From Mobula hypostoma (Eukaryota), in NCBI RefSeq assembly GCF_963921235.1, contig NC_086097.1, positions 141,858,001 through 141,922,000 of the forward strand: DNA of 64,000 nucleotides. Direction: 5' to 3'. The notes beneath the pieces were generated by a model. It was not told the origin of the DNA. It did no database searches and worked only from the letters and a program-made list of their open reading frames with translations. The translations under genes were made by a program, and so were the position numbers. Below are positions 12,231 to 24,968 of the stretch, piece by piece (within the stretch, counting starts at the first letter, position 1; every line of letters begins with the position of its first letter).

Positions 12231-13187
12231 TAAGTTCATGGACAATACTAATTTTATTAGTGTTATGTAATCTGGCCAGGGTAAATCAATGGAAAGATTG
12301 GAAGACAATATTGTAATTAGTTAAAAGACAACTATTGAAATAGAACATAAATTGGCTGCACTTCTATTAGACGGAAAGAAGAATAATTAGCCATGTTTTT
12401 AAAAAAAGATACTTCCTAATGAGGCTCATTAAGGGGGAATTTAGGATTATCCATTTTGTTCCAGTGATATCTTGGAACTAACTTTTATAATAATTGACCA
12501 GTTTGTTTCTGTTTACCAAACTCCACATCCAAAATATCCTTAAACACAAATCAAAATTGTTGGTGAACTTATGTTGTTATAGAATTGTACATTGTGGAAA
12601 CAATCCCTATGGCACATGGTGTCTGCACTGACCTTAAGTGTCAATGAGAGGAAGGGCATAAAAGAAAGAAATTCATAGTTATAGATTGTTAAAATGCAAG
12701 TCCTAGATACATCTGTCCCTCCACATCCCCCTAACCCTCTTTACCTTTCTTGCTATTGTGCTTGCTTTTGGAGATCTAGTGATATGTCATACATCTGAGA
12801 AATAAACTCACTCACCCCCCCCCCCACAATGCTTTATGAATTTGATTATTTGCTGTATTTTTTTATTTCTTTCCAGCAGATCTTTTTTATTCTGCAGGAA
12901 GCATGTAAGTAAAGGTAAAATATTTTCCATATTGCATCTTCAGCTTGGAAAATTATCTACACCTTTCAGGAAAAAATGTAGAAAAATAGATTTAGTTCCA
13001 GAAGGAAATGTAGGGAAAATGGTCATAAACATCAATGAATTTTGCTTTATTAAGCAAAAAGGATGTTTGGAGAGCTGAATCCTTATGGGAAGTGATTTCA
13101 GGAGTAGAGGAGGTTGTCAAATGAAGTAGGAAGAAATTCAGTTTTGTTGGTCTTTTAGCCTTCATAGACGCACGGATTTTTATTTTT

Positions 13188-13246
<59 letters not shown>
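13188..13246. repeat. (TA)n(CA)n(TA)n microsatellite
   Basis: Directly visible. Confidence 0.95.
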
Positions 13247-13247
<1 letters not shown>

Positions 13248-13301
13248 ACACCCAGTTAGGTATGGTAGTAGTTCTTTTAAGACCACAAAGAATTGTAGAG
13301 A

Positions 13302-13960
13302 ATTGTGCCCTCAATTTCCCGGACAGCCGTCAGCCGTGCTCACATCATCCTACGCAGCTTCTGCCATCTTCAAAGGGGTTCTACCACTAAACACAGCTTT
13401 ACTTTACCCCCCCCCCACACTCTGTTTTCCACTGGGATTGATCCCCTCCATGATTCCCTTGTCCATTTGTCCCTCCCCACTGATGGAGTGAAATGCTACA
13501 GCTGGCCATTCACTTCCTCCCTCACCTTCATTCAGGGTTCAAACAGTCCTTCCACGTGAGGCAACACTTTGCTTTTGAATCTGTTGGGGTCATCCAATGT
13601 ATCCAGTGCACCTGATATGGCCTCACCTACATTGGTGAGACCTGACATAAATTAGGGGACTGCTTTGTCAATCACCTCTGCTCCATCTACCAAAAGTGGA
13701 ATTTTGAGGTGCCCAACGATTTTAAATTCCTATCTCCAGTTCCATTCCGATATGTTGGTCCATGGCCTCCTCTTCTGCCATGATGAGGCTACTTTCGCGG
13801 TGGAGGAGCAGCATCTTGTATTCTGGCTAAGTACCCTCCAACCCAATGGCATAAACATTGATTTCTCCTAGATTTTTTCTTTAAAAAAATCCCTCCCCTT
13901 TCTCTCTTCTATTCCCCACTCTGGCCTCTTACCTCCTCTCCTCACCTGCCTATCACCGTC
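13302..13960 (+). mobile_element. Penelope-like element fragment (GIY-YIG region)
   Basis: HIILRSFCHLQRG.TTKHSF, YIGET-like DNA (CTACATTGGTGAGACC), EEQHLVFWLSTLQPNGINIDFS. Confidence 0.8.
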
Positions 13961-14224
13961 TGCTGTTGCTGCTCTGCTACTGAACAGAAAGTACAAAAGC
14001 TTGAGGAAATGTACCACCAGGGTCAAGAACATATGTCCCGCTGTTACAAGACTCTTGAATGGACCTCTTACACAATACAGCTGAACTGTTGTCCTCCCAA
14101 TTTAGCTTGTTATCGCCCTTGCACTTTATTTGTCTACCTGCACTGTACAGTCTCTGTAACTGGAATGCTATATTCTGCATTTTGTGTTTTTTTTTCTTTT
14201 GGTGCTTTCGCAATATACATGTGT

Positions 14225-16570
14225 ATGGAATCCTCTCCACATCCACTCTGTCAAAGCCTTTCAACATTTAACAGGTTTCAATGAGATCTTTCCCCCACCG
14301 TCCCCCCCCCCATTCTTCTGAATTCCAAAATTCCAATGAGTAGAGGCCCAGAGCCATTAAACACTTTCCTTATAAACCTTTCAATCTGGGAATCATGTTT
14401 GTGAACACCCTTTCTTAAAAAGAAAAGGGGCTCAAAATTATTCATAATACGCTCCAAGTGAGGCCCCATCAGTGCCTTATAAAGCCTCAACATTACATCC
14501 TTGTTTTTGTATTCTAGTCTTCTTAAAATGAATGCTAACATTGCATTTGTCTTCCTCACCATCAACTACTTGCAAATCAACATTTGGGGAATCCTGCATG
14601 AGGACTCCCAAGTCCCTTGGCACCTTAGTTTTTGAATTTTCTCTTCATTTAGGAAATGGCCTACACTTTTATTTCTTCTGTCAAAGTATATGCCCATACA
14701 CTTCCTAACACTGTATTCCATCTGCCACTTCTTTGCCCATTCTTTGAATCTGTCTTAGTCCTTCTGTAGCCTCTGTACTTCCTCAGAACTACTTGCCCCT
14801 CCACCTGTCTTTGTATCATCCACAAATTTGGCCACAAAGCCATCACTTCTGTTGTCCAAATCATTGAAATGTAACATGAGAAGAAGTGGTCTCAACACAG
14901 ACCATTGTGGATAACAAGTGACTGGCAGTCAACCAGTAAAGGCTCCCTTTATTCCCACTCTTTTCTCCCTGCCAGTCAGCCACTGCTTTATCCATGCTAG
15001 TATCTTTCCTCCTGTATCATGGACTCCTAACTTGTTAACCAGTTTCATGTATGGCACCTTGTCAAAGGCCTTCTGAAAATCCAAGTACACAACATCAACG
15101 GATTCTCCTTTGTCTATCCTGCTTGTTATTTTTTCAAAGAATTCCAAAAGATTTGCCAGGCAAGAATTTCCCTCAAGGAAACTATGCTGATTGGCCTATT
15201 TTATCATGTGCCTCCAAGTACCCAAAAACACATCCTTAACAATTGACTGCAACTTCATCTCAACTACTAAGGTCAGACTAACTGGCCTATAACTTCCTTT
15301 CTTCTCCCTGTCTTCTTTCTTGAAGAGTGAAGTGGCATTTACAAATTTCCATTCCTCTGGAACCATGGCAGAATCTATTAATTCTTGAATGATAATTTCT
15401 AATGCCTCCACAATCTCTTCAGCCACCTCTATTAGAACAGCTGGGCATAGACCATCTGATGATGATGAATCTACCTTCAGGCTTTTTCAGTTTCCCAAGC
15501 ACTTTCTTCTAGTAATGGTAACTTCATTCATTTTTGCCCCCTTACACACTTGAACTTTTGGCATACAGCTAGTGTCTTTCACAGTGAAGACTGATGCAAT
15601 ATACTTATTTAGTTTGTCTGGCATATCCTTGCCCCCTGTTACTACCTCTCCAGCATCGTTCTCCAGTGGTTTGATACTTACTCTCCCCTCTCTTTTACAC
15701 TTACTATCTTTGAAGAACCTTTTAGTATCTTCTTTAATATTATTGGCTAGCTTACTTTGGTATTCCATCTTTTCCTTTATGAATTTTTAGTTGCATTCTG
15801 GTGGCTTTTAAAAGCTTCCCAATTGTCTAATGTCCACCAATTTTTGCTCTATTATATGCTCTCTCATTGGCTTTTATGTTGGCTTTGACTATTGAGTGCA
15901 GTTTTGCCCTCTTTGCTAGCAGTCTCACTGCACACTGCCTCTGTTTGTAAACCAATTACCCCAACCTCAGGCCTATCAGTCGGTTTCCATCCCCCTGCCA
16001 AATTAGTTTAAACCCTCCTGAACAGCTCTCGCAAACCTGCCCACAAGGATATTGGTCTCCCTCGGGTTCAGTTGAAACTGTCCTTTTTGTACCTTGCCCA
16101 GGAGAGTTTCCAGTGTTCCAGAAACTGAACCCCTGTCTCCTGCACTAGTTCCTCAGCCACACATTCAATTGCCAAATATCACTGTATTCTTATCCACAAT
16201 GGCATATGGCTACTACCCTGATTACTCCTCTGGAGTTCTTTTCAGCTTTCTAATTGGCTCCCTGGAATCTCTCCAGAGAGGTTCAGCTTTCTAAATCCCC
16301 CTTGTAGGTTGTACTGCACAACAGTATCCAAAGTGGTATATTTATTACTGAGGGGAATGGCCATGGGAGTACTCTGCATTGGTTGCCCATTTCCATCTTT
16401 CTCATGACAGTCACCTAGTTACCTGCTGCCTCCTTTAGCTCCTATCTATCACTTCCTCGATCTCTCACATGAGCTGAAGGTCATAGAACACATTCTCTGG
16501 GGAGTTGCCTTTTGCTGCACCTGTTTCAGATGTGGTTATCCGGGAGGCTGAAGATCTCCCAGAATTCCCA
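14225..16570 (-). mobile_element. CR1 LINE remnant (ORF1 fragments and internally deleted ORF2)
   Basis: Minus ORFs with LANNIKEDTKRFF, YRPVSLT, VYLDFQKAFDKVP, RLYKALMGPHLE; ORF1 esterase-like DNA at about 16000-16300. Confidence 0.85.
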
Positions 16571-18534
16571 CATCTCACACAAAATTGTTCTTGGAGCTAT
16601 TCCCACTGTGCTAATTTTGACTTAAACAGATGAAGAATGAAAAATAAAGAGGACGAAGGAACTTTCCAGATACTTGCCTCGCCCAAGCCTGACGAACAAA
16701 AACCACTCCAACACTTGGCCACTCTGTTTGCCTCTGCCTTATTTTTATTCGTTCTTCCTGAGAATCTTGTTCACTGGGTGCAGTTCAGCTTCAAAAACTA
16801 CTGCAAAGTGCTGCCTTTTTAAATATCAATCACGGGCCTGTGTAAAATTGCTGCTTCTTTCTTGTGCTCCTGTTCACAGTAATCACCATAACTGTGATAT
16901 TTTGGTGGCCTGGATAAACATTTCATTTGATCTTGACAGTTTTAAACGTTGAAATTTGATTTCAAGTCGAACTCTGTCAGATGTATGCAATTTCAACTGG
17001 TTTTGTGCAAACAAGCTATGTTTGTATGTGACTGCAATTCCTCTAAAGCAAGATTGATATAGTCATCCATCAAAATGATTTTTAAAAAATATATGGTTTA
17101 CCAATTCTAAAGGAGCAAGACTAAAAGTTGTGAAGCTGATTTCCCCATCGATCTGTAAAGCTGTTAGGCATTGAATTGATTTTTCCCAAATTTTTTTGTT
17201 TTTTTTTTAAATTGACAACCTCTATTGTGTCTTGTACTAAACTGTAAATATATAATGCTTTCAGATTTTGAAGATGAGAATCGACTATAAACTAGGATTT
17301 TGGATGGATAACTCAATTTGGTCTGATTTTTCATTGAAATGAATACTCAGTTATGGATTATAAATCATTGTGCCTGATACTGTAATAAATATGGTGAGAT
17401 TACATCAAGTTGTGTATTTATGGTTGTGGTATTAAATGGAAGTGAAACAAGAAGTTCGATGAAACTTGCCTTAGTCTGTCACAAAATGCTGTTAAGGCGA
17501 TCAAATAAAGAAAGTGGAATATCTGAACATTTAAATTCAGTATTCTGGTTTCAGTTCTTGCATCATTCAAGTGTAGACTGCTACAAATTAATTTAGTAAG
17601 GTTGGAAGGTTTTTTTGATATCCCATCAGAGCATTGGTCTCAAGATCATGCAGTCCAGGTTTTGGCATATTGTGGCTTTGCCAATCACCAGTTGATAACA
17701 GTACATTGAGACAGTACATAATCAGGTTCTGACAAAATTGTTTTAAAGGATAGATATTCATCTTAGTTGTTCAGAAGAGCCACTTTTAACTTTTCTGGTG
17801 AATTCCTTGTTCTTTTCTGAAATTGGTTTTCTGTGCGGGAAGCTGCAGTTTTTACCGACAGCGTTTGTAGCCTTCAAAGCATTTGAGCCTTTGAAATATC
17901 TAAGGTGGATTTCCATATTGATCATAAGGTGTGCACGCACAAAGTACAATTTCCTTTGCCCACCCCACTTCTTGTTCTTTATAACCTCATTGTTTCAAGA
18001 CCGCACATCAATAATCATTAAATAAACTGGTGGAAGGAACAAGCTTCGGTAACTAAATTACTTCATCTGTACCTCCACTTCGCAGACCACTTTCATAAAA
18101 ACGGAATTTTAAGTTGTTTGGTTTCTGTGAGCTCAGAGGCAGATTTACTCATCAGCCATTAGTGGTGAAAGAAATGGAAGGGTGAAACAAATATTTTTGT
18201 AATAACCAGGGAAGTCATCGTGACAACATATTCTGTTACAGTCTCAGTATACTCAATGAAATATATTTGTTTGTATTTGTGTGTGTTATATATGTGTGTA
18301 TATATTTCATTTGTATATTTCAATAGTACTTCAATTTTGTGTTTAAGGGGTTGACTAAAAGTTGACTATTTCCAGATAACTTTGCTTAATGGACAATACT
18401 GAAACCTCAGCACATTGTACTTCGCTAAAGATTGCTAGCAAGTTGATTTTATGTCTGATTTGATTTCTTATCATATCTCCCATTTCCTGAAATTAAACAT
18501 CCCTGCTCTGATTCCTGTGTACTCCACTCGAACA

Positions 18535-19410
18535 TAGAGAACAGCACAGGAATGGACTTTACGCCTATGATGTTGTGGCAAACTAATTAAACACCTAATT
18601 AAATTTATCCCTTCTGCCTACACAAAGTCAGCAGTCTTCTACTCTGCATGTTTGTGTGCTGAAAAAGCATGTCTTAAATAACTATTGTATTTAAGACATA
18701 CTTTTTATAACTACTATTGTATAACTACCTCTCCAGAAGTACATCACAGGCAGCCACACACAAAAAAAGATCTTGTTCCATACATCTCCTTGGCACTTGT
18801 CCTTTCTCACCTTGAATGCATGCTCTCTAGTATTGGACATTTTATCTCCGGTTGGGTGGATGGGGGCAAGCAGGGGGAATAATACCCACTGACTACTCAT
18901 CTATGTCTTTCATAGGTTTATAAAGTCCTATCAGGTTTCTCCTCCATCTCTACCACGCCAGAGGAAAAATTCCCAAGTTTTGTCCAACCTCGCAAAGTAC
19001 ATGCTCTCTAATCTCAACAGCATCCAGATGAACAACTTCTGTGTCTTCTCCAAAGATTTTGCATCTTTCCTATAACAGGGTGTCTGGAATTGAATGCAGT
19101 GTACCAGTTGCTGCCTAAACAGATTTTTTATACAACTGCAACATAATTTCCTGACTCCTGAGTTGAAGCCTCAACTAATAAAGGCAAGCATGCCATATGC
19201 CACCTTCACCAACCTATCAGCTTGTGAAGCCACTTTCAAAGAGCTATGATTCCTCTATAGCAATGCTGTTAAGGGTCTTGTCATTAACTTTGTATTTCCC
19301 TTTGATCTCCCAAAATTCAACACCTCACATTTGACAGGATTAAACTCCATCTGCCGTTTCTCTATCCATATCTGCAACTGATCTATAATCTCACTATATC
19401 CTTTGGCATC
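18535..19410 (-). mobile_element. Old CR1 LINE 3' remnant
   Basis: Reverse-complement CR1 RT C-terminal and 3' UTR motifs (e.g. TREHAFKVRK in ORF 18691-18900); heavily decayed. Confidence 0.65.
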
Positions 19411-20355
19411 TCACTATCTTTTACACTTGGATCTTGACCTGAAACATTGCATCTTGACCTGAAACATTGCATCAGGCAATATATGTGGAGGGAAAAGGCA
19501 ATATATCTGGAGGGAAAAGGGCAGTCAGAGTTCCTCCAGCAGTTTGCATCAGATTCCAGCTTCTGCAGTTTTTCTGCCTGGAAAATTCCCCATTTCTGCC
19601 ATGTTTACAAAAAATCCAGTTTGGCTAACTGTTGCCAGCAAATGTGTTCTCATTCAGTAGCAAAGTAATGAAAAGTGTTACTTATCCTCTTTACTGACGC
19701 CCAGTTTGGCTTTCACAATGATCATATAAGCAGGCCTCATGACAGTCTTCATTCAAACATGAACCAGAGTTGAATTTCAGAGCTGAGTTAAGAGTGATAA
19801 GTATTTTACATCAAGATAGCTTTTGACTAGGTGTGACCTCAAGAAGTCTTGTCAATGGGTATCCAAAAGAAACCCCTTCATTTGTGGACATAATACCATT
19901 GCACAGAGGAAGATTGTTGTTGGGGTTGTTGGAGGTCATTCGTTGTAGGCTTATGGCATCATTGTATAAGTTCTAAGATCTAGGCAACTTTTAAAGGCTG
20001 TGGGGTGGCAACCAGCATACGTGCAAAAATACTGGACAATAACTAATCAATCAACTCATAAAATTTAAGCTAATCTACCCAACTATCCCTGGCATTCAAT
20101 GGCCTTCCCATTACATATCCCAGAGATCACTGTTGACCAGAAATTGAACTGTCCACAGAAACACCATGACTACAATAGGAGTCAGTACCTCAGTGTCCTC
20201 CAGCTGATGACATGCCCCCTGATACCCCAAAACTTTACAACACCTATAAAGTACAAGTTAGGAGTGTGATGGAGTGTTCTCCACTTGCCTGGAGAATTGC
20301 TGCTGAAACAACTGTGGCAAAACTGATTACAATTAAAACGAAATAAGTACTTGTT

Positions 20356-20480
20356 TACAAACAAGAGAAAATCTGCAGATGCTGGAAATCCAAGCAACAC
20401 ACACAAAATGCTGGAGGAACTGAGCAGGCCAGGCCGCATCTATGGAAAGGAGTACAGTTGACAGTCGGCAGGACTGGAGA
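20356..20480 (-). mobile_element. Penelope-like terminal fragment with the hammerhead stem II deleted
   Basis: ACAAACAAGAGAAAATCTGCAGATGCTGGAAATCCAAGCAACACACACAAAATGCTGG... matches the other copies, but jumps GTTGACAG|TCGGCAGGACTGG, omitting stem II and GAAA. Confidence 0.8.
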
Positions 20481-21589
20481 AAAAAGGTTAGGAGCAGGTA
20501 CTTGTTTAATGTATCCTGTCACTACAGCACAGATGTTGCAATATGTTTCATCTACAAAATGGTCAATATTAACTTGGTTGCTGCTCTGACAGTATTTCAC
20601 AGGCCTCCACTGTGACCATCCAGGAGGCTAGAAGATGAGCTGTATGAAAACGTCATTACCATCACGCAACCTTCCGTTTTTCTCTCCATCTTGATTTGAA
20701 GATATATTGCCAACCCTAAATCCTGGAACTCTGGGTCCCTTACCAATCAGTACTGTGGGCCTATCTTCAAGCACCAGTCTCCAGTGGTTGAAGTAGTATG
20801 GGCAATAAATACTGATCTTGGCAGAAATGTACAGGTCACACAAAATGAATTGGTAATAGTCCGAAAGTAATATATTGTGGTGAGCATTTGGTCCATAATG
20901 ACAGACGAGGAAGCTCTTTAACTCAGCAACAGTTTTATTGTCATAGACACAAACAGACCAGGCACCATGACCCGGAGAGTGAACCCAACCAGTCTCACAC
21001 CGACAGGGGAGGTAACCATCACACACCTCAGTTACGGTTAGGGTGACCCACAAATACACAAGCAAATAACTGTATAACTCAAACTAAAATGTAACAATAA
21101 ATGAACTGGAACTTCCCACTGGTCATTAGAAATGCAGAGACAGGCTGTTGACCATGCCCTCACCCAGAACGTCACAATTTTTTTGCCATTCGCTTTCCTC
21201 ACTAATTATCTACTATGTTACAAAGCTCAGATAAGTACAACTAATTTATGAGCTTTATGAAATGTCTGTTTTGCAAGGCTAACTTTACTAGAACAAAAAT
21301 AGAGACCGGAACTATTCAGCAGATTGGGTAGCTCTGTGAAGAGAACAAGTTGACAGTTCAGGTTATGGACGCTTTGTAACTGAAAAAGTGAAAGGATGAG
21401 CACGTGAAATTGCAAACAAAAAGGGAGGTGAGAGAATAAAGGCCATGTTTGTAATAGGGTGTCTTCCAAAGTTGTTAAAGTAGTGTACTTAAAACAAATG
21501 TTGGCTTTATTTTCTGTTTCTAGTGCTGCCTGAATTGCTGACTCTTCCAGCTTTGCTTTCAGTTCAAAATTGTAGTATGCACTGATTAC

Positions 21590-23760
21590 TGGTTGGTTAG
21601 CTGTCTCTCCTGGGAGCCACGAGTAGGCCCTTTCCCCGCAAACCCATTGAGTTCCATTCAGGGGGTGCGGTGGTTCAGTTGTTGTATAAATAGCACAAGT
21701 AAGTCCACTTGCCTTCGAAATTACAGTAGGAGATAGTATTTGCTGGTTGGTCAGATCTGACAATGATGGAGGGCCATGATGTCTGACCCTCCCATTGGAT
21801 GGATTTTTTCTGGGGTGGGGGGGGGGTGTGAACGAATGTACCAACCATCAAAGCAGTGGCATCCACACTCTCCAGCTGCATCACTGGTCTGATTGTCATT
21901 AAAAAAAAAGGCCAAGACTGACCATTGTTCACTGCTGTTCAGAGGATTTGCTATCAGGGGAACCCCTTTTTCCCCATGGGGAGGAATCACTGCACACACC
22001 CAGCAGGCAGGTGAGTTAGTTTTCCTAGCATAACCATAGCAGTGACGGGAAGGTGTTTGACTTGGGAGCTACAATACAAGTGCTTAAGGTCAAGCATCTG
22101 TGGCTTGGTTTGTCTGGTTGCAATTGATTGGTCATAGTTGCCATATCTGAGCTAAATGGTGAATCGTGTCTGATCAGTAGGAGTAAGGGTGGCTATAGCC
22201 AGAGGAAACAAATCTCGGGAATTAACGGAATAAATAGTTAAGACAGTTCTTAAATAATTACAAAATCCCTGGGGATTGACCTTTTTGTCAGGGGTGGCAT
22301 ATTGAGTCTGTATTGGTTCCAGTAAGACCAATGGCCCTTGTTTGGGTCTCCAGACAAGGAGAGGTCCAATCTGACTGCAGGCAGAAACAGGTATTGGGCT
22401 TCCCAACTGTTCCGGAAGAATTACATCAGTCAGTGGCAATGCAAAGACTGTTGAGTTGGCAACTGAGGCACCAGGGTGAGAATCATAAGGGGGTGGGGAA
22501 CCACAGCGTGGTAAAACAGGTGCTGACACAGTTGTGGGTAGTACAGCAGGATTATTAGGTCACCTTACCCATTCCCAATCATCATCAGTATCGTTTGGGA
22601 AATTGGTCGATATGTCTAGATAGAGGCGGGGTACCCCAGAATTATTTTTATTTTCTGTTTCCCTTTTTCCTTTATTCATTCTTCCATGGTCAGTATGTTT
22701 TGTCAACTGATACAATTTCTTCCACGTCTTCGTCTGTTTCTGTCCCTTATCCCAATCTTCACTAATCATTCTTAACTCTTGCCAACTCTTAGGATTGCCT
22801 CTTTTTGTCACATACGTCTATCCCTCTTCGCTTGGTGTTATCGGTCCAACAATTTAATTTATGTCTTTGTTCTTTTATTTCTGCCTCTTGTCAATCAGGT
22901 GGCTATACTCTCTTCCTGTTCTGCCTGCCGAATTAAATTTAAATCAAATGTACCTCCTGCAGGCCAATTGTCTTTTCTCAAACGTTTAGACAATTGGAAC
23001 AACATTTGTCCCAGTTTCTTTTCATTGTCTAGCTATTTGTCTATTATTTTCTGTAATGGACTACTCCCCCCCACCTCCCTTGTCTAAGTGCACACCCATG
23101 GTATTGACTTACTAGAAGACTCAAATTTCTCAATTATTCTGGGGGCCACGAACCAGCCACCTCCTCTTCCCTTTGTTTGTTCCCTCATTTTGACAGGGGA
23201 AATCCACTGATGGGACCCAGAGTCATCAGAGAGTAGAGAGGAACCAAGGTTAAAGCTTACCCTAACGTTCTGTCTGTCCACTTCTTCAGTTTTGGTGAGG
23301 GGCTACCACTGACTGGGACCCTGCTCACTGCACCAAGAAGTTGATCTGCCTCTCTACCAGAGGACTTTAGGTTCAGACCACGGAATAAAAGTCAAAGACA
23401 GTTTACTTAAAATTACATACTGTTTATTTACAAACTTGCATCATGTAATTGATGTACAGAGTCCCATTCATGGAACCTAGATATCTGTAACCAAGTGAGC
23501 CCCGAGCACTGTCCGGGGCTGCTTGTTAAATATACATTATCACATAGTACTCTGAGCATTGCCAGACATCTTTGATTAGTGGTTACACAAAGCAGCTGTC
23601 TCATGCAACAAGCACTTTGTTTGTTGCATCTGCCTTTCAAGTAACCCTACGGTTCGCAGTTCAGTAAGGCACGATTAGTTATCTTGCAGCATTATTCTCA
23701 CAGCGCGACTAGTCAAGATGCAAACCAGTCAGTCAGGTTTTAACCCTTTTAATTCTATAT
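21590..23760 (-). mobile_element. Class I (gamma/epsilon-like) endogenous retrovirus remnant: 5' LTR, PBS, partial gag and partial env, no pol
   Basis: gag starts at 23099 MGVHLDK...DNWPAGGTFD (myristoylation site and MA motif); late domain PPPY in ORF 22152-22529; env SU motifs ACWVCAVIP (about 22000) and GTQWVCGERAYSWLP (about 21640); LTR-like segment about 23337-23760 with minus-strand AATAAA. Confidence 0.8.
23318..23335 (-). promoter_or_regulatory. Primer binding site, tRNA-Ser(UGA)-like
   Basis: Minus strand TGGTGCAGTGAGCAGGGT versus recalled vertebrate tRNA-Ser(UGA) complement TGGCGCAGCGAGCAGGGT; both differences are CpG-type transitions. Confidence 0.75.
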
Positions 23761-23974
23761 ATAATTCCTCCGGTCCTTTTGTTGTTTGTCATCTATATCA
23801 ATGATCTGGATGCTAATGTAGTTAACTGGATCAACAAATTTGCAGATGTCACCAAGATTGGGGGTGTAAAGGACAGTGAGGAAGGCTATTATGGCTTGCA
23901 GAGGGATCTAGATCACCAGGAAGAATTTAATGCAGACAACAGTGAGGTTTTGAACTTCGGTAGGACCAACCAGG

Positions 23975-24274
23975 TGTGGCGCTTGGCCAGGTGATCAGGG
24001 CTTTGGACCAACGATCTGAATGTCGTGGATTCGAGCTTCGGCCAAGGCAGCGTGTGTCTCCTTGAGCAAGGCACTTAACCACACAATGCTCCAGTCTATC
24101 CAGCTGAGAATGAGTACTGGCAAAAATGCTGGGGGTTAACTGGCGTCCTATTTTGGGGGTGGTGGTAAGGGGGGAAGAGTTTCGTACTCTCAGTCGCTCC
24201 ACACCACGGAAACTGGCATAAGCATTGGCCTGATGGGCCAGAAGGCTGTGATAGACTTTAACCTTTTAAATCTT
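23975..24274 (+). mobile_element. Full-length tRNA-derived SINE with CORE-like and possibly Meta-like domains
   Basis: 12-bp TSD GGACCAACCAGG (23963-23974 and 24275-24286); A/B-box-like head, GTCTCCTTGAGCAAGGCACTTAACC, 3' GGAAACTGGCATAAGC...GGCCTGATGGGCC...GACTTTAACCTT. Confidence 0.85.
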
Positions 24275-24374
24275 GGACCAACCAGGGTAGGTCTTGCACA
24301 GTGAACGGTTGAGCATTGAGAAGTAAAATAAAGAGATCTGGGAATACAGGTACATAATTCTTTGGAAGTGGTGT

Positions 24375-24968
24375 TGTCGTAAACTTCTTTCGATCTACCC
24401 GATGCAAAGACCACCACATGCTACGGTGAATATAACTTTAACTCTTTATTAGCAAGTTACCAGACAGAACCCTCCTTAAGCAATCTTTTGGGCTGCTCCG
24501 GGCATCTCTGGCTTCTGAAGCAAATACAGTGCTTTTTATACATATGCAGTCACATACATAGATGCTGGTGGGTTCACCCCCTTAGTTTCTGTACAGATGA
24601 GTATTGTTTAACTTACAGCCATAAATTGTTCGTGTAACAGCTTAACTACCCTTATGTCTAGGAACAGCCAGACATAAACTTACCCCTCAGAGCTTCCCAC
24701 CCTTGAAACAGGCATTCCTTATAATGCTTATCTAGCAAGCGCTATGTTTCTTGCAGCAGTTAATCAAACAATGGAACAGGTTGTTCTTAAACAAGGACTG
24801 AAGTTACACGGGTTGCATACCAAGAATAATATCACCTGCTCAGCTTATTTTGTGAGAAACACTTGTGCTTCTATGCTTTTTGTCAAAGTCTTAGCCGCTA
24901 TGATCCTTACAAAATAGCCAAGGTCACAAGAGGCCTGCGAGATGCTAACTTCTTAACATTATATTACA
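24375..24968 (-). mobile_element. Solo LTR (594 bp)
   Basis: TG...CA termini, exact 4-bp TSD GTGT (24371-24374, 24969-24972), minus-strand AATAAA near 24445; cleanly interrupts a CR1. Confidence 0.88.

Noticed and set aside
19680..20330. Additional ancient LINE RT remnant
   Set aside because: Faint QFGF and DIK.AFD-like traces only; too decayed to assign a family or boundaries.
20877..21221. Possible solo LTR or 3' LTR of the class I ERV
   Set aside because: It has a minus-strand AATAAA and a CA end, but no TSD and no similarity to the LTR at 23337-23760.
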